Source: an uncultured Gammaproteobacteria bacterium
GTDB taxonomy: Bacteria; Pseudomonadota; Gammaproteobacteria; JABCZS01
DNA length: 64,000 nt
Direction of reading: 5' to 3'
Assembly (NCBI GenBank): GCA_963848305.1
Contig: CAWKDC010000001.1
Span: forward strand, 576,001-640,000
The position numbers and the translations under genes are program-made. This document shows positions 11,165 through 22,742 of the stretch, one piece after another. The notes below the pieces were generated by a model. That model worked only from the letters and a program-made list of their open reading frames with translations. It was not told where the DNA came from and did no database searches. Position 1 is the stretch's first letter; the number at the start of each line of letters is the position of its first letter.

Positions 11165-12262
11165 TCAAGATTGATGTGCGTTGCACACCAAGGGCCAGAC
11201 CCTATCCACAAACGAATTCCGCACACCGTCTTTTCGCGCATACATCGCCACTGCTTCAGATGCGCCGAGTAACAATGAAGATACCCCCAACATCCCATAT
11301 AAAGACGCGAACAATCTATCCGTTCTGTTCTCCATCTGGAAGCCCTCCAAAGAAACTGCCTCCCCCACCGTCAATGCCCACACAGTGCTGGCAAAAAGTG
11401 CCGCGCAGCCGATGACGAATACCGTCCCGCTGATCCTGTCTCCCACGTTGATGTCCTGACGAGACACCTTTTTTGGGGACCAATATTTGGCCAGACAATC
11501 GATCAATACAACTGCTCCGACCATGCCGCCACCCATTGCAAATAAAATGAACGGGATATCATCAAAGGGGTTGTGATACTCAGTTGTGTTCTCCACAACG
11601 GGAATGAGTATACCAGAGACGCCTGCCACCAAAAACATAGAGGCTCGGAAAACGGTGATCCAGCGGGGAGGCTGTTTGAGGTTTGAGCTGCCATGCCTTG
11701 GTTGTATTGGCGTGCTATTTGAGGTATCGGGATGCATTGTCGTGAAGCTCGGTTGGATCGGAGTATAATTTCTATCTTCAGCAAGCTTTGCCTGGTGTTC
11801 CTTTTGGAATTGCATGAGCGCTGTAACATCATTATTATCTGGGAAGAAATTACCTTGTCCATTCACATTCCACTCGGGGATCCCTGAATCAGTAGACTTT
11901 ATGTAAGATATTACGTTCGCCACATCAGTAGGGGTTGCCCCCTTCAAATTAAACACCACACTTGTAGGTTTGGTTGCATTTAAAAATGCATTAATAATGG
12001 GGTATAAAGATAAATTCGATGTATAAAGACAGCCACAATCGATGTCTGTTGCAAGCCGATCACCATAGTTAGCATTGATCACAAGCAACACATTTTTATT
12101 CTTCGAAATAATGCCCTCGAAACCGAACACACTGTTAGCTGTTCTAACTTTCTCTGTCCATTGAGAGGTTTCAATGTTTTTCGTGAGCTCAAACAAAAAC
12201 ACTTTGTCCAGATCTTCAGTCAGGCCAAATGAAATCATGTGGATATCTGCAGTGCTTTTCAT
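11165..12262 (-). CDS. Hypothetical protein: soluble N-terminus plus C-terminal 4-TM domain
   Basis: 365-aa ORF with GAGG RBS; four hydrophobic segments at C-terminus. Confidence 0.7.
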   Translation of the reverse strand: MKSTADIHMISFGLTEDLDKVFLFELTKNIETSQWTEKVRTANSVFGFEGIISKNKNVLLVINANYGDRLATDIDCGCLYTSNLSLYPIINAFLNATKPTSVVFNLKGATPTDVANVISYIKSTDSGIPEWNVNGQGNFFPDNNDVTALMQFQKEHQAKLAEDRNYTPIQPSFTTMHPDTSNSTPIQPRHGSSNLKQPPRWITVFRASMFLVAGVSGILIPVVENTTEYHNPFDDIPFILFAMGGGMVGAVVLIDCLAKYWSPKKVSRQDINVGDRISGTVFVIGCAALFASTVWALTVGEAVSLEGFQMENRTDRLFASLYGMLGVSSLLLGASEAVAMYARKDGVRNSFVDRVWPLVCNAHQS

Positions 12263-12332
12263 ATATTACCTCTTTGGCAAGCAGTTTATCTTGGCGGCTC
12301 GTCTTATTAAAGTGTCTCTCTCGCATTGACCC

Positions 12333-13118
12333 TTACTTGGCTTTATCCAGGGCCGCGTAGACCTTATCGAATGCATCTGAGCCCACTGAAAAGTCGCCCG
12401 CAAAAGGCAGATCAAAGCTGATCACAATAGCCAAATACATGCCTAACGAGAAACTCGTGAAGAACATCAATATTTTATGGGAGCGGGTATCCACTTCTGA
12501 CATGAATGCCGTTGTGACCACCAAAATCAAAATCAAAACAACAATCACTGCCATTAAAAAGGGAGGGATCAGTGGGTCAACCTTTTGCAAACGTGCATAA
12601 CGATCTTGATCAATTGAGTTCAGATTGTCCAGTATTTCCCTGTAAAACACCACATACTGATTGCTCATCAGCATATGTTTTCCAACTGTCATATAAAGGT
12701 TATCCAGGGCAGTGACAGTGCCGGGGTTCGATTGCCCTTGCTGCATGAGCCCAAATTCTGTTTTAACCACACTGTCTGTATAAGCGCGCACACCCTGATT
12801 GATGGCGACAGCTTCATTGGCAGGCAAGGATCTGCTGATCATGCTGATTTTTGCCAATGCAGCGGACTCATCCGACACTGAAGATGCAGCGGCCATGAAG
12901 GATTGCCACAAAATAACAATGGTAAATGCAATCAGCATGGTAGTACCATTGACCAAAATGTTAAATAGGGGCACTGAGTGAGTGATAAACTTGATTTGCA
13001 ACATCGGGTAACGCCGAGACAGACAGTACAGCGCTGCTGACAATACCACCATACCGATGGCGAATAACACTAAAAGGGTCAGTACGGAAAAGTCATTGAC
13101 AATCATTCTACGTATCAT
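12333..13118 (-). CDS. Membrane protein, DUF4239/bestrophin-like, copy 1
   Basis: LIAFTIVILWQ, RAYTDSVVKTEF, RYARL, FDLPFAGDFSV pattern; 261 aa. Confidence 0.65.
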   Translation of the reverse strand: MIRRMIVNDFSVLTLLVLFAIGMVVLSAALYCLSRRYPMLQIKFITHSVPLFNILVNGTTMLIAFTIVILWQSFMAAASSVSDESAALAKISMISRSLPANEAVAINQGVRAYTDSVVKTEFGLMQQGQSNPGTVTALDNLYMTVGKHMLMSNQYVVFYREILDNLNSIDQDRYARLQKVDPLIPPFLMAVIVVLILILVVTTAFMSEVDTRSHKILMFFTSFSLGMYLAIVISFDLPFAGDFSVGSDAFDKVYAALDKAK

Positions 13119-13206
13119 GTTACCTATCCTTGTTTGCTTGATTTGCTCGATGCAGCCTTACGCACACGACGAAAAACAAGTATGGCTGCAGCACATTGCC
13201 CGGCTC

Positions 13207-13992
13207 CTACTTGGCTTTATCCAGGGCCGCGTAGACCTTATCAAATGCACCTGAGCCCACTGAAAAGTCGCCCGCAAAAGGCAGATCAAAGGTGATCACA
13301 ATAGCCAAATACATGCCTAACGAGATACTCGTGAAGAACATCAATATGTTATGGGAGCGGGTATCCACTTCTGACATGAATGCCGTTGTGACCACCAAAA
13401 TCAAAATCAAAGCAACAATCACTGCCATTAAAAAGGGAGGGATCAGTGGGTCAACCTTTTGCAAACGTGCATAACGATCTTGATCAACTGAGTTCAGATT
13501 GTCCAGTATTTCCCTGTAAAACACCACATACTGATTGTTTATCAGCATATGTTTTCCAACTGTCATATAAAGGTTATCCAGGGCGGTGACAGTGGCGGGG
13601 TTCGATTGTCCTTGCTGCATGAGTCCAAATTCTGTTTTAACCACACTGTCTGTATAAGCGCGCACACCCTGATTGATGGTGACAGCTTCATTGGCAGGCA
13701 AGGATCTGCTGATCATGCTGATTTTTACCAATGCACCGGACTCATCCGATACTGAGGATGCAGCAGCCATGTAGGATTGCCACAAAATAACAATGGTAAA
13801 TGCAATCAGCATGGTAGTACCATTGACCAAAATGTTAAATAGGGGCACTGAGTGATTGATGAACTTGATTTGCAGCATCGGGTAACGACGAGACAGACAG
13901 TACAGCGCTGCTGATAATACCACCATACCGATGGTGAATAACGCTAAAATGGTCAGTACGGAAAAATCATTGACAATCATTCTACGTATCAT
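13207..13992 (-). CDS. Membrane protein, DUF4239/bestrophin-like, copy 2
   Basis: Near-identical 261-aa paralog of 12333-13118. Confidence 0.65.
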   Translation of the reverse strand: MIRRMIVNDFSVLTILALFTIGMVVLSAALYCLSRRYPMLQIKFINHSVPLFNILVNGTTMLIAFTIVILWQSYMAAASSVSDESGALVKISMISRSLPANEAVTINQGVRAYTDSVVKTEFGLMQQGQSNPATVTALDNLYMTVGKHMLINNQYVVFYREILDNLNSVDQDRYARLQKVDPLIPPFLMAVIVALILILVVTTAFMSEVDTRSHNILMFFTSISLGMYLAIVITFDLPFAGDFSVGSGAFDKVYAALDKAK

Positions 13993-13997
13993 GTTAC

Positions 13998-14739
13998 CTA
14001 TCCTTGTTTGCTTGATTTGCTCGATGCAGCCTTACCCATACAACGAATGACAAGTATGGCTGCAGCATTGCCTATCGTCAAGCGTAGAAACGCCCTCGAA
14101 TGGAATCTCTTTCCTTCCCACACGCTGAAACAGTTTCGGAAACCACAGACCCCAGCGCCACAGCCCCAAAGACAGTGTACATGCCAGTGAACAAATGCTT
14201 GGTAAGCGAATCCGTCGACGCCATCGCGTCTGATGGGTCTGAATAGGCTGCGATCAGTGTCCAAGCGGCAGAGGCAAACAACAAGGCCAGGCCTGAGATC
14301 ATCACGGTGTCGCACGCTTTGCTTTTTAAATTCTTTTCTTTATCTTTTGTCCTGAAACTATCGTACAACGTTTGTCCTACAAAACCGATGAGAGCCAATC
14401 CAACACCTGCCCAAAAGACATGCGTGGCATCCAGATGTCCCCACTGTGCCTCGAAGGGATTATCGCTCACCTGATCGATAGCGCCCAAAATAGGCACGGC
14501 CAATGCAAACACCCCTGTCGCTGCCAGACATGCCAGACGCAACCAGGTCGGACCCGCCACTCGGCCGTCGATTTATCTGTTCCTGTCTCTCCATTTTTTA
14601 ACGTCATAAACTTACTAGGATCGTGAGCCACGCTTCGTTCTGTAAATGATGCCGTTGATGCAGATGCATATGAAGATGATGGTGCTGAAAGGTTAGAGGA
14701 TGAGGCGGCGGTTGCCTCTATTTCGGGTATCTTTTTCAT
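13998..14739 (-). CDS. Hypothetical 4-TM protein, apparently broken by one or two frameshifts
   Basis: GGAGG RBS and ATG at 14739; Ser-rich N-terminus (ORF 14467-14739) continues into TM domain (ORF 14078-14560); C-terminus uncertain. Confidence 0.5.
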
Positions 14740-14794
14740 GCTTTTTCCTCCGGACAGGTTAACATTTTAACAAGTGAGTCTACCACACTACACG

Positions 14795-17515
14795 CTACGC
14801 ATTCAACTCGCCATGACAATGCTTGTATTTCTTGCCTGAACCGCAGAAACAGACCTCATTGCGGCCCATTTTGCGCAAACCGCGCTGATCGGCCGGAGCC
14901 GCATGATTGACCTCTTCATCGCCATTGGCGGGCAGCTGACGCACGGACAAGTTGTCAAACACGGTGCGGCGTTCCTTTTCCAGCGCGAGCAAATCTTGCT
15001 CTTCTGCAATATGGAAACGCAACAAACCGCGGACTGAATCTCGACGGTAATCTTGCAGCAAGCTGGTGAACAGGTAATAACATTCGCGCTTGAATTCTTG
15101 ACGTGGATCTTTTTGAGCAAAACCCCGCAAGCCGACGTTTTGGCGAATATAATCAATCGCGGATAAGTTTTCACGCCAGCGTGTGTCGAGCATTTGGAGC
15201 AAAATCACGCGCTCGTAACGGCGCATGATGTTCGCGCCTAATTGCGCCTCTTTCGCTGTCAACACGGATAAGGCATGATTGACGACACGCTGTGCAATAT
15301 CTGAAGGTTGTACATTCGGATCGCTTACCCATTCAACAATCGGCAAATCGATGTTGTATTCACTGAGCAGCATGCTTTGAAGGCCTGTGGCATCCCACGT
15401 GTCTTCCAATGCATTGCTGGGCAAAGCATGATCAACGGCTTCTGTCATCACTTCCGTTGTTAACTCTTTCACGTGTTGCGCCAACCCGTCTTCTGTGGCG
15501 GCGATCAAGTTATCGCGCAAGCCATAAATCGACAGGCGTTGCTCATTGATCACGTCATCGAATTCTAGCAGGCTCTTGCGGATATCAAAATGATACGCTT
15601 CCACGCGTCGCTGCGCTTTTTCAATCGCGCGCGTTAGCATGGGAGATTCAAGGCGCTCTTCTTCTTTCAAGCCCAATTTACCCAGGGTTTGTGTGACCCA
15701 TTCGCCAGCGAAAATTTTCAGCAGTGGATCGTCGAGGGATAAATAGAATTGGCTGGAACCGGGATCGCCTTGACGTGCAGCACGGCCACGTAATTGGTTG
15801 TCAATGCGGCGGGATTCATGACGCTCAGATCCCATCACATGCAAACCGCCTGCTGCAACCACCTCTTCATGACGCTTTTCCCAAGCATCAATCGTTTCGC
15901 GCATTTGGGCTTGTGTCGGCTCGGCGCCCAGCTTGTTCAATTCATGCTCTAGGTTACCGCCCAAGACAATGTCCGTCCCGCGACCAGCCATGTTGGTGGC
16001 AATCGTCACGGTGCCAGGTTTGCCCGCTTCCATGATGATATATGCTTCTTGTTCGTGGTATTTCGCATTCAAGACTTGATGCGGAATATTGGCCTTTTTC
16101 AGCATTCTCGATAAGATTTCAGAGTTTTCAATCGACGTGGTACCGACCAGCACAGGCTGGTGTTTATCACGACGGACTTGAATGTCCTTGATCATCGCTT
16201 CGTACTTATCCATGGTACGCTGGAAAATCAAATCGGGACTGTCAATCCGTATACAAGGTTTGTGCGGTGGCAACACGACCACTTCCAACCCATAAATTTG
16301 CTGAAATTCTGCAGCTTCTGTGTCGGCAGTGCCTGTCATCCCGGCTAATTTGTCGTAAATACGGAAAAAGTTTTGATAAGTCACAGACGCCAGTGTTTGG
16401 TTTTCGCTTTGAATTGCTACGCCTTCTTTGGCTTCCACCGCTTGATGCAGCCCTTCCGACCAACGGCGACCTTGCAAAGCCCGACCTGTGTTTTCATCCA
16501 CAATCACGATGTCACCGTCTTTTGAGACCATGTAATCCACATCACGTGTGTACAAATAATGGGCGCGCAACGCAGCATTGAGGTGATGCAAAAATAAAAT
16601 ATTTTGAGCGCTGTACAGATCTTCTTGAGGACTGATTAAACCTGCTTCGATCAACAGTTCTTCAGCATGAGAATGGCCTGATTCGGTGAGGTGGACTTGT
16701 TTGGATTTTTTATCGATCGTGAAATCCCCGACGAGAGCGGGATCGATCGGTTGATCTTTCGGTGTCTCAGGCTGCAGTTTGAGTTTGGGTACCATTGCAT
16801 TGATGGTGAGATAAAGGTTGGAGCTGTCGCCTAAATGGCCAGAAATGACAAGCGGCGTACGGGCTTCATCGATCAAAATCGAATCGACTTCGTCGACAAT
16901 GCCGAAATGATAACTGCGCAAATTCACGCGATCAGACATTTGCGTGACCATGTTATCGCGCAAATAATCGAAACCAAATTCGCTGTTGGTGCCGTAGGTG
17001 ATGTCTGCTGCATAAGCGTCACGCTTTTCTGTATTAGATAGGCCAGCGATGTTGAACCCCACCGTCAAACCCAACCCTTCATAAACAGGACGCATCCACT
17101 CTGCATCCCGCTTGGCGAGGTAGTCGTTCACAGTAATAATATGAACGCCTTTTTGCAGCAATGCATTTAAATAGGCAGGCAACGTGGCGGTTTGGGTTTT
17201 ACCCTCCCCTGTGCCCATTTCGGCGATACGGCCCATGTGAAGTACCATACCGCCCAATAATTGTTCATCGTAGTGGCGCTGACGCAAGGCGCGCTTCGCG
17301 CTTTCACGCACTGCGGCGAAGGCTTCTTCAAGGAGGCTGTCTACGGTTTCCCCTTGAGCAAGGCGTGCGCGGAATGCAGGGGTGAGACCCCGCAGCTCTT
17401 CGTCAGACAAAGCAGCATATTGAGCCTCCAGCCCGTTAATGCGAGAGACACGTTTTCTGAGTTGCTTCAAAATACGCTCGTTACGTGTACCAAAAAGTGA
17501 TGTTAATCCAAACAT
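14795..17515 (-). CDS. secA: Preprotein translocase ATPase SecA
   Basis: MGTGEGKT, DEVDSILIDEARTPL, TNMAGRGTDI, C-terminal SEC-C motif CFCGSGKKYKHCHG. Confidence 0.98.
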   Translation of the reverse strand: MFGLTSLFGTRNERILKQLRKRVSRINGLEAQYAALSDEELRGLTPAFRARLAQGETVDSLLEEAFAAVRESAKRALRQRHYDEQLLGGMVLHMGRIAEMGTGEGKTQTATLPAYLNALLQKGVHIITVNDYLAKRDAEWMRPVYEGLGLTVGFNIAGLSNTEKRDAYAADITYGTNSEFGFDYLRDNMVTQMSDRVNLRSYHFGIVDEVDSILIDEARTPLVISGHLGDSSNLYLTINAMVPKLKLQPETPKDQPIDPALVGDFTIDKKSKQVHLTESGHSHAEELLIEAGLISPQEDLYSAQNILFLHHLNAALRAHYLYTRDVDYMVSKDGDIVIVDENTGRALQGRRWSEGLHQAVEAKEGVAIQSENQTLASVTYQNFFRIYDKLAGMTGTADTEAAEFQQIYGLEVVVLPPHKPCIRIDSPDLIFQRTMDKYEAMIKDIQVRRDKHQPVLVGTTSIENSEILSRMLKKANIPHQVLNAKYHEQEAYIIMEAGKPGTVTIATNMAGRGTDIVLGGNLEHELNKLGAEPTQAQMRETIDAWEKRHEEVVAAGGLHVMGSERHESRRIDNQLRGRAARQGDPGSSQFYLSLDDPLLKIFAGEWVTQTLGKLGLKEEERLESPMLTRAIEKAQRRVEAYHFDIRKSLLEFDDVINEQRLSIYGLRDNLIAATEDGLAQHVKELTTEVMTEAVDHALPSNALEDTWDATGLQSMLLSEYNIDLPIVEWVSDPNVQPSDIAQRVVNHALSVLTAKEAQLGANIMRRYERVILLQMLDTRWRENLSAIDYIRQNVGLRGFAQKDPRQEFKRECYYLFTSLLQDYRRDSVRGLLRFHIAEEQDLLALEKERRTVFDNLSVRQLPANGDEEVNHAAPADQRGLRKMGRNEVCFCGSGKKYKHCHGELNA

Positions 17516-17585
17516 GCGCGACCTCGTCTGTGCCAATCATTGGCGTTTATGATAGGCTGTTATGATAGCACGGTTTGGAGCGGAT

Positions 17586-17882
17586 ATGGACGATAAAGCA
17601 CACATTGCAGATTGGCTTCACAGCGGCGAGCTGGGCCAACTGGTTCGCCATTTAGAGGATATCGAGCTCGTCAATGAGGCGATTCAGTCCTTGCTGCCTG
17701 AGCCGTTTCAACATGGTTGCCATGTTGAAAATATCACACAAGGGTGCGTGATGTTGGCGGTGAAAGACGCTAACCTGATGACCTTGCTGCGCTATGAAAT
17801 CCCCAATCTATTGGCATCATTGAGGAAAAACTCCCGCTGGGCGGGTATCGCTTCCATCAAATGCCATATTCGGGCTAATTGA
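17586..17882 (+). CDS. DUF721/DciA-family protein
   Basis: Small protein next to secA with LLPEP..HCHV and LRYEIPNLLASLR pattern. Confidence 0.65.
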   Translation: MDDKAHIADWLHSGELGQLVRHLEDIELVNEAIQSLLPEPFQHGCHVENITQGCVMLAVKDANLMTLLRYEIPNLLASLRKNSRWAGIASIKCHIRAN

Positions 17883-18660
17883 ATGAACTGGGTACAGAGC
17901 GACTGCTGCTCGATATTGTGGAACTCCCATAATGCAACAACAGCATTTTGCCTTGCCCAAACCGGCCCAAAGAGGAACCCGCAGACCATCTTTCGTCATC
18001 ATTAATTGCGCCTTCCGGAGAAGCGATGATCCTTGGCACCATTGGCACCATGACTGGCGGAGATGTTGGCATGTGCGCATGAGGTGAACTGCAAGGCAAT
18101 TCATCAGTCTTGTTTACAAGCTCATCAATCGTTTTGCTTGTTGCATGGAACGTTTCAGGAGAGACGCTGATGGTGAAATCCATCAACTGAAGTACTGATA
18201 ATTCACAAGCGTTGAATACCTTGAGACAAGCATCTTGAACAAGCTTTTCAACTTGTACGGAGCGCTTAATGTCCACATCGTAATAAAGTTCATGGTTGGG
18301 TTGCAGTGTGGTATTGTACGCCGCCCAAAATGTCTTATTATCGAGAGCGTTTTCATCAGGTGCTACAAACATCTTATAACTCAATAAGATAGCGATGACG
18401 CAGAACAACTCATCCCTATCATCCCCTTGTGTGTTGATGTTAAGAGCAGGCAAAGCCGCAGTTTCGGCAGAAGACAATCGCTTGAAAATGTCCTGCAACA
18501 GCAATAAGGAAATGACCATTTCCTCCTGGCCAATCATATCACGGTCGAACAAAACACTCAGGAAGCTGACTACCCTCGGAAAGGACACGGTTCTTTTGCG
18601 GGCATTTCCCACAATATTCTGCATCTTTTCAACAATCACATCGCATACACTGGAATACAT
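17875..18660 (-). CDS. Hypothetical protein with Pho80/cyclin-P-like box
   Basis: ISLLLLQDIF..., AILLSYKMF..D, DNKTFWA, FNACELSVLQLMDFTISVSPETF resemble the cyclin-box pattern. Confidence 0.55.
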   Translation of the reverse strand: MYSSVCDVIVEKMQNIVGNARKRTVSFPRVVSFLSVLFDRDMIGQEEMVISLLLLQDIFKRLSSAETAALPALNINTQGDDRDELFCVIAILLSYKMFVAPDENALDNKTFWAAYNTTLQPNHELYYDVDIKRSVQVEKLVQDACLKVFNACELSVLQLMDFTISVSPETFHATSKTIDELVNKTDELPCSSPHAHMPTSPPVMVPMVPRIIASPEGAINDDERWSAGSSLGRFGQGKMLLLHYGSSTISSSSRSVPSSFN

Positions 18661-18722
18661 CTATAGACCTGCCTTTGTATTTAATTATCCACGGCGTCTT
18701 ATACCATATTGTTCAGCGTAAA

Positions 18723-21700
18723 TCAATACTCTAATATAACCGCCTCACTTCCTAGCCACTCACGCAAGGATTGGATGAGTGCATCCTCCGGCACAATATG
18801 CCACGACTCCCCTAGCACTAATTTTGCATTCACTTCAGGATGTGCATAATCTATCTGGACTGGGCATTTTCCTGACTGGTATGGTATGAGCATAGCACTT
18901 AATTGGGTCGAAAATGCGGGGGCATGCCCTGTCGAGTCTACCTTCAGCAAGACACGCTTCAAAAACTGCCCACGGGCTTGCCCGAATGTCAGCACTTCTT
19001 GCGCACGCATGCGCAATGAACCACTGAAATCGTCATGCGTGACCGTTCCAGACAATACAAGCAATGTGTCCTTGATCAACAGCGGCTGATATTTTAAATA
19101 ATCCTCTGAAAATAATGTCGCATCCAAACGAGAGGTTCCATCGTCCAACGTGAGGATCGCAATACGCTTTCCCTGTTTTGTTTTAATAGTGCGAACACCC
19201 AAGAGTAAACCTGCCACACGGATTTTCTCTTTTGGATCAGGTCGCAGGTTAGCCAAATTCGTGCGGATAATTTGTCGCAACTCAGCACGGTAAGGATCCA
19301 TGGGGTGACCGGTTAAATAAAGTCCGAGCGTTTCCTTTTCAAAACGCAAACGCAGATCATCTGCCCAAGGCGGTAACGTCACATACTTTGGTTCCATCGC
19401 ATGAGACAATTCAAAAAACATATCACGTTGACCGGTTAATGCATTTTTAGCCTGCTGTTCAGCCAATTGAACAGCATGATCCAACGTTCCCATGAGCACC
19501 GCGCGTGACACGCCAAAACTGTCCATGGCGCCAGCTTTGATCAAGGCTTCCAGCACACGACGATTCAAACGTTTTAAATCTACACGGCGACAAAAATCGA
19601 ATAAATCAACAAAAGGTCCTTGAGCAGTACGCGCTTCGATAACATTCTCAATCGCTTGCTCACCTGCACCTTTAATCGCACCCAGCCCATAAATAATCTC
19701 GTTGTTTGATTTCATCACGAAATGAAAATGACTGTGATTAATATCCGGTGACAAAACCTGCAAATTCATTTCTTTGCACTCTTCAATCAGCCTGACAACC
19801 TTGTCGGTATTATCCATATCAGCAGACATGACGGCCGCCATAAAAGCAGCAGGATAATGCGCTTTCAACCAAGCGGTTTGATACGCAATCAAGGCATAAG
19901 CAGCCGAGTGAGATTTGTTGAAACCATAGCCTGCAAATTTTTCAATCAGATCGAAAATGTAGGTCGCCAATTGTTCTGGCACTTGATTGGCCACTGCGCC
20001 GGATACAAAAATTTCGCGCTGGCTGGCCATTTCCTCGGGTTTTTTCTTACCCATCGCGCGACGCAACAAATCTGCGGAACCCAAAGTATAGCCTGATAAA
20101 ACCTGCGCAATCTGCATCACCTGCTCTTGATATAGAATCACCCCGTATGTTGGGCGCAAGGAAGGTTCAATCAAGGGATGTGGATATTCCACTTTTTGAC
20201 GGCCATGTTTACGATCAATAAAATCATCTACCATACCCGACTGGAGTGGGCCGGGTCGAAACAAAGCAACCAATGCGATGATGTCTTCAAAACAGTCAGG
20301 CTGCAAACGTTTGATCAAATCTTTCATGCCACGGGATTCTAATTGGAAGACCGCTGTCGTTTGGCATTGTTTTAATAATTGAAACGTTTTAGGGTCATCC
20401 AGTGGAATGTGTTCAATGTTGATCGGTGTGTCAGACTGCGCATTGATCGTCTGGCAAGCCCAATCAATGATGGTCAATGTGCGCAAGCCTAAAAAGTCAA
20501 ATTTCACCAGACCGACTGCTTCAACGTCGTCTTTATCGAGCTGCGATACAATTTGCTTGGAACCGGGTTCGCAATACAGTGGCGTGAAATCTGTGAGTTT
20601 CCCTGGCGCAATCACCACACCGCCCGCATGCTTTCCTGCATTACGCGTGATGCCCTCCAATTTTTTCGCCAAGGTGATGAGTGACGCAACCTCTTCATCT
20701 TCTTCAATCAATGTTTTCAAGGCGGGCTCATCTTCAGTCGCTTTTTCTAGCGTGATGCCAATTTCAAATGGAATCAGTTTTGCAATGCGATCAACGAAAC
20801 CATACGGATGACCCAACACACGCCCTACATCTCGCACAACTGCTTTTGCAGCCATTGTACCGAAGGTGATAATCTGCGAAACAGCCTCTCGTCCATATTT
20901 TTTCGCGACATATTCAATCACGTCGTCACGTTTATCCATGCAAAAATCAATATCGAAGTCCGGCATGGATACACGCTCGGGATTCAAGAAGCGTTCAAAT
21001 AATAAATCATATTTGAGCGGATCCAATCCCGTGATTTCAAGCGCGAAAGCAACCAATGAACCTGCGCCTGAACCGCGGCCAGGCCCAACGGGGATGCCAT
21101 TGGCTTTAGACCATCGTATAAAATCGGACACAATTAAAAAATAACCTGAGAACCCCATGCTGATGATCACACCTAATTCTTGCTCTAGGCGCGCTTGATA
21201 AGCCTCGACGGATTGATCCGATATGCATTCTTTACGGCTGAAACGCCATTCAAGCCCTGCATGCGCTTGGGCACGCAAATAGGATTCCACTGTTTCGTTT
21301 GGGGGTAATTGAAAGTTCGGCAGACTCACTCTGTCTAATATGAGATGCACATTGCATCGTTTTGCAATTTCAACTGCATTGATCAAGGCGCCGGGAATAT
21401 CTTTGAATAATTCAGACATGGCTTCAGGCGATTTCAAATATTGTTCTGGACTGTACATTTTTGGGCGAGCGGAGTCGCCCAAGAGTTGCCCCGCATGAAT
21501 ACACACGCGTGCTTCATGCGCTTCAAAATCATTTTGATGCAAAAACATCACATTATTGATTGCAACGACGGGGCAACGGCATTGGTTTGCAAGCTTCACC
21601 AGTTGATCGATATGCGCAGATTCATCTGGCGCATTCACACGTGTCACGCCGAGATAAAAACGGTTGCCAAATTTTTGCTGAAATGCTTGAATGACATTCA

Positions 21701-22148
21701 GTGCTTGTGCAGTGTGGTGTGCCATCACTGCTTTTGCAATCTCGCTTTGCGAGCCGGCAATCACAATCAGTCCCTCATGTCTCGCCCATAGCCAATCGCG
21801 AGCAATCACAGGTACATTGCCCTCTTGACCCTGAGTGTAGCTTTGTGAGATCAAGCAACTCAAGTTGTGATGCCCTTTTTGATTCATGCTCAGTAATGTG
21901 AGGCGTGAATATTGCGTGGCATTCAGATCGTCTTGCACCCAGACATCTGCGCCAATAATGGGTTTAAGACCTGCTTTGATAGCTGCTTTATAAAATTTCA
22001 CTTGTGCAAATAAATTGCAATGGTCAGTCAATGCAATGCTGCGATACCCTTGCGCTTTTGCTTGTTCGATTAATTCTTCTAACCGGCAAATGCCGTCTTG
22101 AATCGAGTATTCGCTGTGGACATTCAAGTGCACAAATGATGTGGTCAT
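18723..22148 (-). CDS. dnaE: DNA polymerase III alpha subunit
   Basis: [14 protein letters not shown] domain, [30 protein letters not shown]. Confidence 0.98.
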   Translation of the reverse strand: MTTSFVHLNVHSEYSIQDGICRLEELIEQAKAQGYRSIALTDHCNLFAQVKFYKAAIKAGLKPIIGADVWVQDDLNATQYSRLTLLSMNQKGHHNLSCLISQSYTQGQEGNVPVIARDWLWARHEGLIVIAGSQSEIAKAVMAHHTAQALNVIQAFQQKFGNRFYLGVTRVNAPDESAHIDQLVKLANQCRCPVVAINNVMFLHQNDFEAHEARVCIHAGQLLGDSARPKMYSPEQYLKSPEAMSELFKDIPGALINAVEIAKRCNVHLILDRVSLPNFQLPPNETVESYLRAQAHAGLEWRFSRKECISDQSVEAYQARLEQELGVIISMGFSGYFLIVSDFIRWSKANGIPVGPGRGSGAGSLVAFALEITGLDPLKYDLLFERFLNPERVSMPDFDIDFCMDKRDDVIEYVAKKYGREAVSQIITFGTMAAKAVVRDVGRVLGHPYGFVDRIAKLIPFEIGITLEKATEDEPALKTLIEEDEEVASLITLAKKLEGITRNAGKHAGGVVIAPGKLTDFTPLYCEPGSKQIVSQLDKDDVEAVGLVKFDFLGLRTLTIIDWACQTINAQSDTPINIEHIPLDDPKTFQLLKQCQTTAVFQLESRGMKDLIKRLQPDCFEDIIALVALFRPGPLQSGMVDDFIDRKHGRQKVEYPHPLIEPSLRPTYGVILYQEQVMQIAQVLSGYTLGSADLLRRAMGKKKPEEMASQREIFVSGAVANQVPEQLATYIFDLIEKFAGYGFNKSHSAAYALIAYQTAWLKAHYPAAFMAAVMSADMDNTDKVVRLIEECKEMNLQVLSPDINHSHFHFVMKSNNEIIYGLGAIKGAGEQAIENVIEARTAQGPFVDLFDFCRRVDLKRLNRRVLEALIKAGAMDSFGVSRAVLMGTLDHAVQLAEQQAKNALTGQRDMFFELSHAMEPKYVTLPPWADDLRLRFEKETLGLYLTGHPMDPYRAELRQIIRTNLANLRPDPKEKIRVAGLLLGVRTIKTKQGKRIAILTLDDGTSRLDATLFSEDYLKYQPLLIKDTLLVLSGTVTHDDFSGSLRMRAQEVLTFGQARGQFLKRVLLKVDSTGHAPAFSTQLSAMLIPYQSGKCPVQIDYAHPEVNAKLVLGESWHIVPEDALIQSLREWLGSEAVILEY

Positions 22149-22731
22149 ATCGCGTGAACCTCATGGTAAGCACGAACAGGTGCAAAAGTTTTCCGGTGAA
22201 TGGGTGAAACGCCATGCGCTTGAAGTGCAGCCAGGTGCTCTTTCGTCCCATAACCTTTGTGATGTTCAAATCCATATCCTGGGTAAACCTTGCCATATTC
22301 TACCATGATTGCATCACGTGCAACTTTCGCTAAAATCGACGCTGCTGAAATATTGGGATGCAATACATCCCCTTCAATGATGGCTTTCCCGGGAATGGCT
22401 ACTTTGGGTAAATCACGGCCGTCCACCCAAATCTCTGTCGGTTGAACAGACAATCCTTCCACAGCCCGTTTCATGGCCAATAACGTCGCTTGCAGAATAT
22501 TCAGGGTTTCAATTTCCTCCACTGATGCTGAAGCAATATGGTACGACAGCGCATGTTGTTTGATCTCTCTGTACAATGCTTCTCGCTTTTTGGGTGTGAG
22601 CAGTTTTGAATCAGTCAAATCTTGAATGGGATGATTTGGGTTAAGGATCACTGCAGCGGCCAATACGGGTCCTGCGAGGGACCGCGACCGGCTTCATCCA
22701 CGCCGGCGATTAAATAAGCATCCGTACTCAT
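22145..22731 (-). CDS. rnhB: Ribonuclease HII, apparent 1-nt deletion near 22680
   Basis: [10 protein letters not shown] read from 22731 then shifts into [26 protein letters not shown]. Confidence 0.9.
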
Positions 22732-22742
22732 GTTCAATATCC

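Larger units (their letters stand above)
12333..14072. repeat. Tandem duplication, period 874 bp
   Basis: 12333-13200 aligns with 13207-14072, including ~80 bp upstream of each ATG. Confidence 0.95.
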
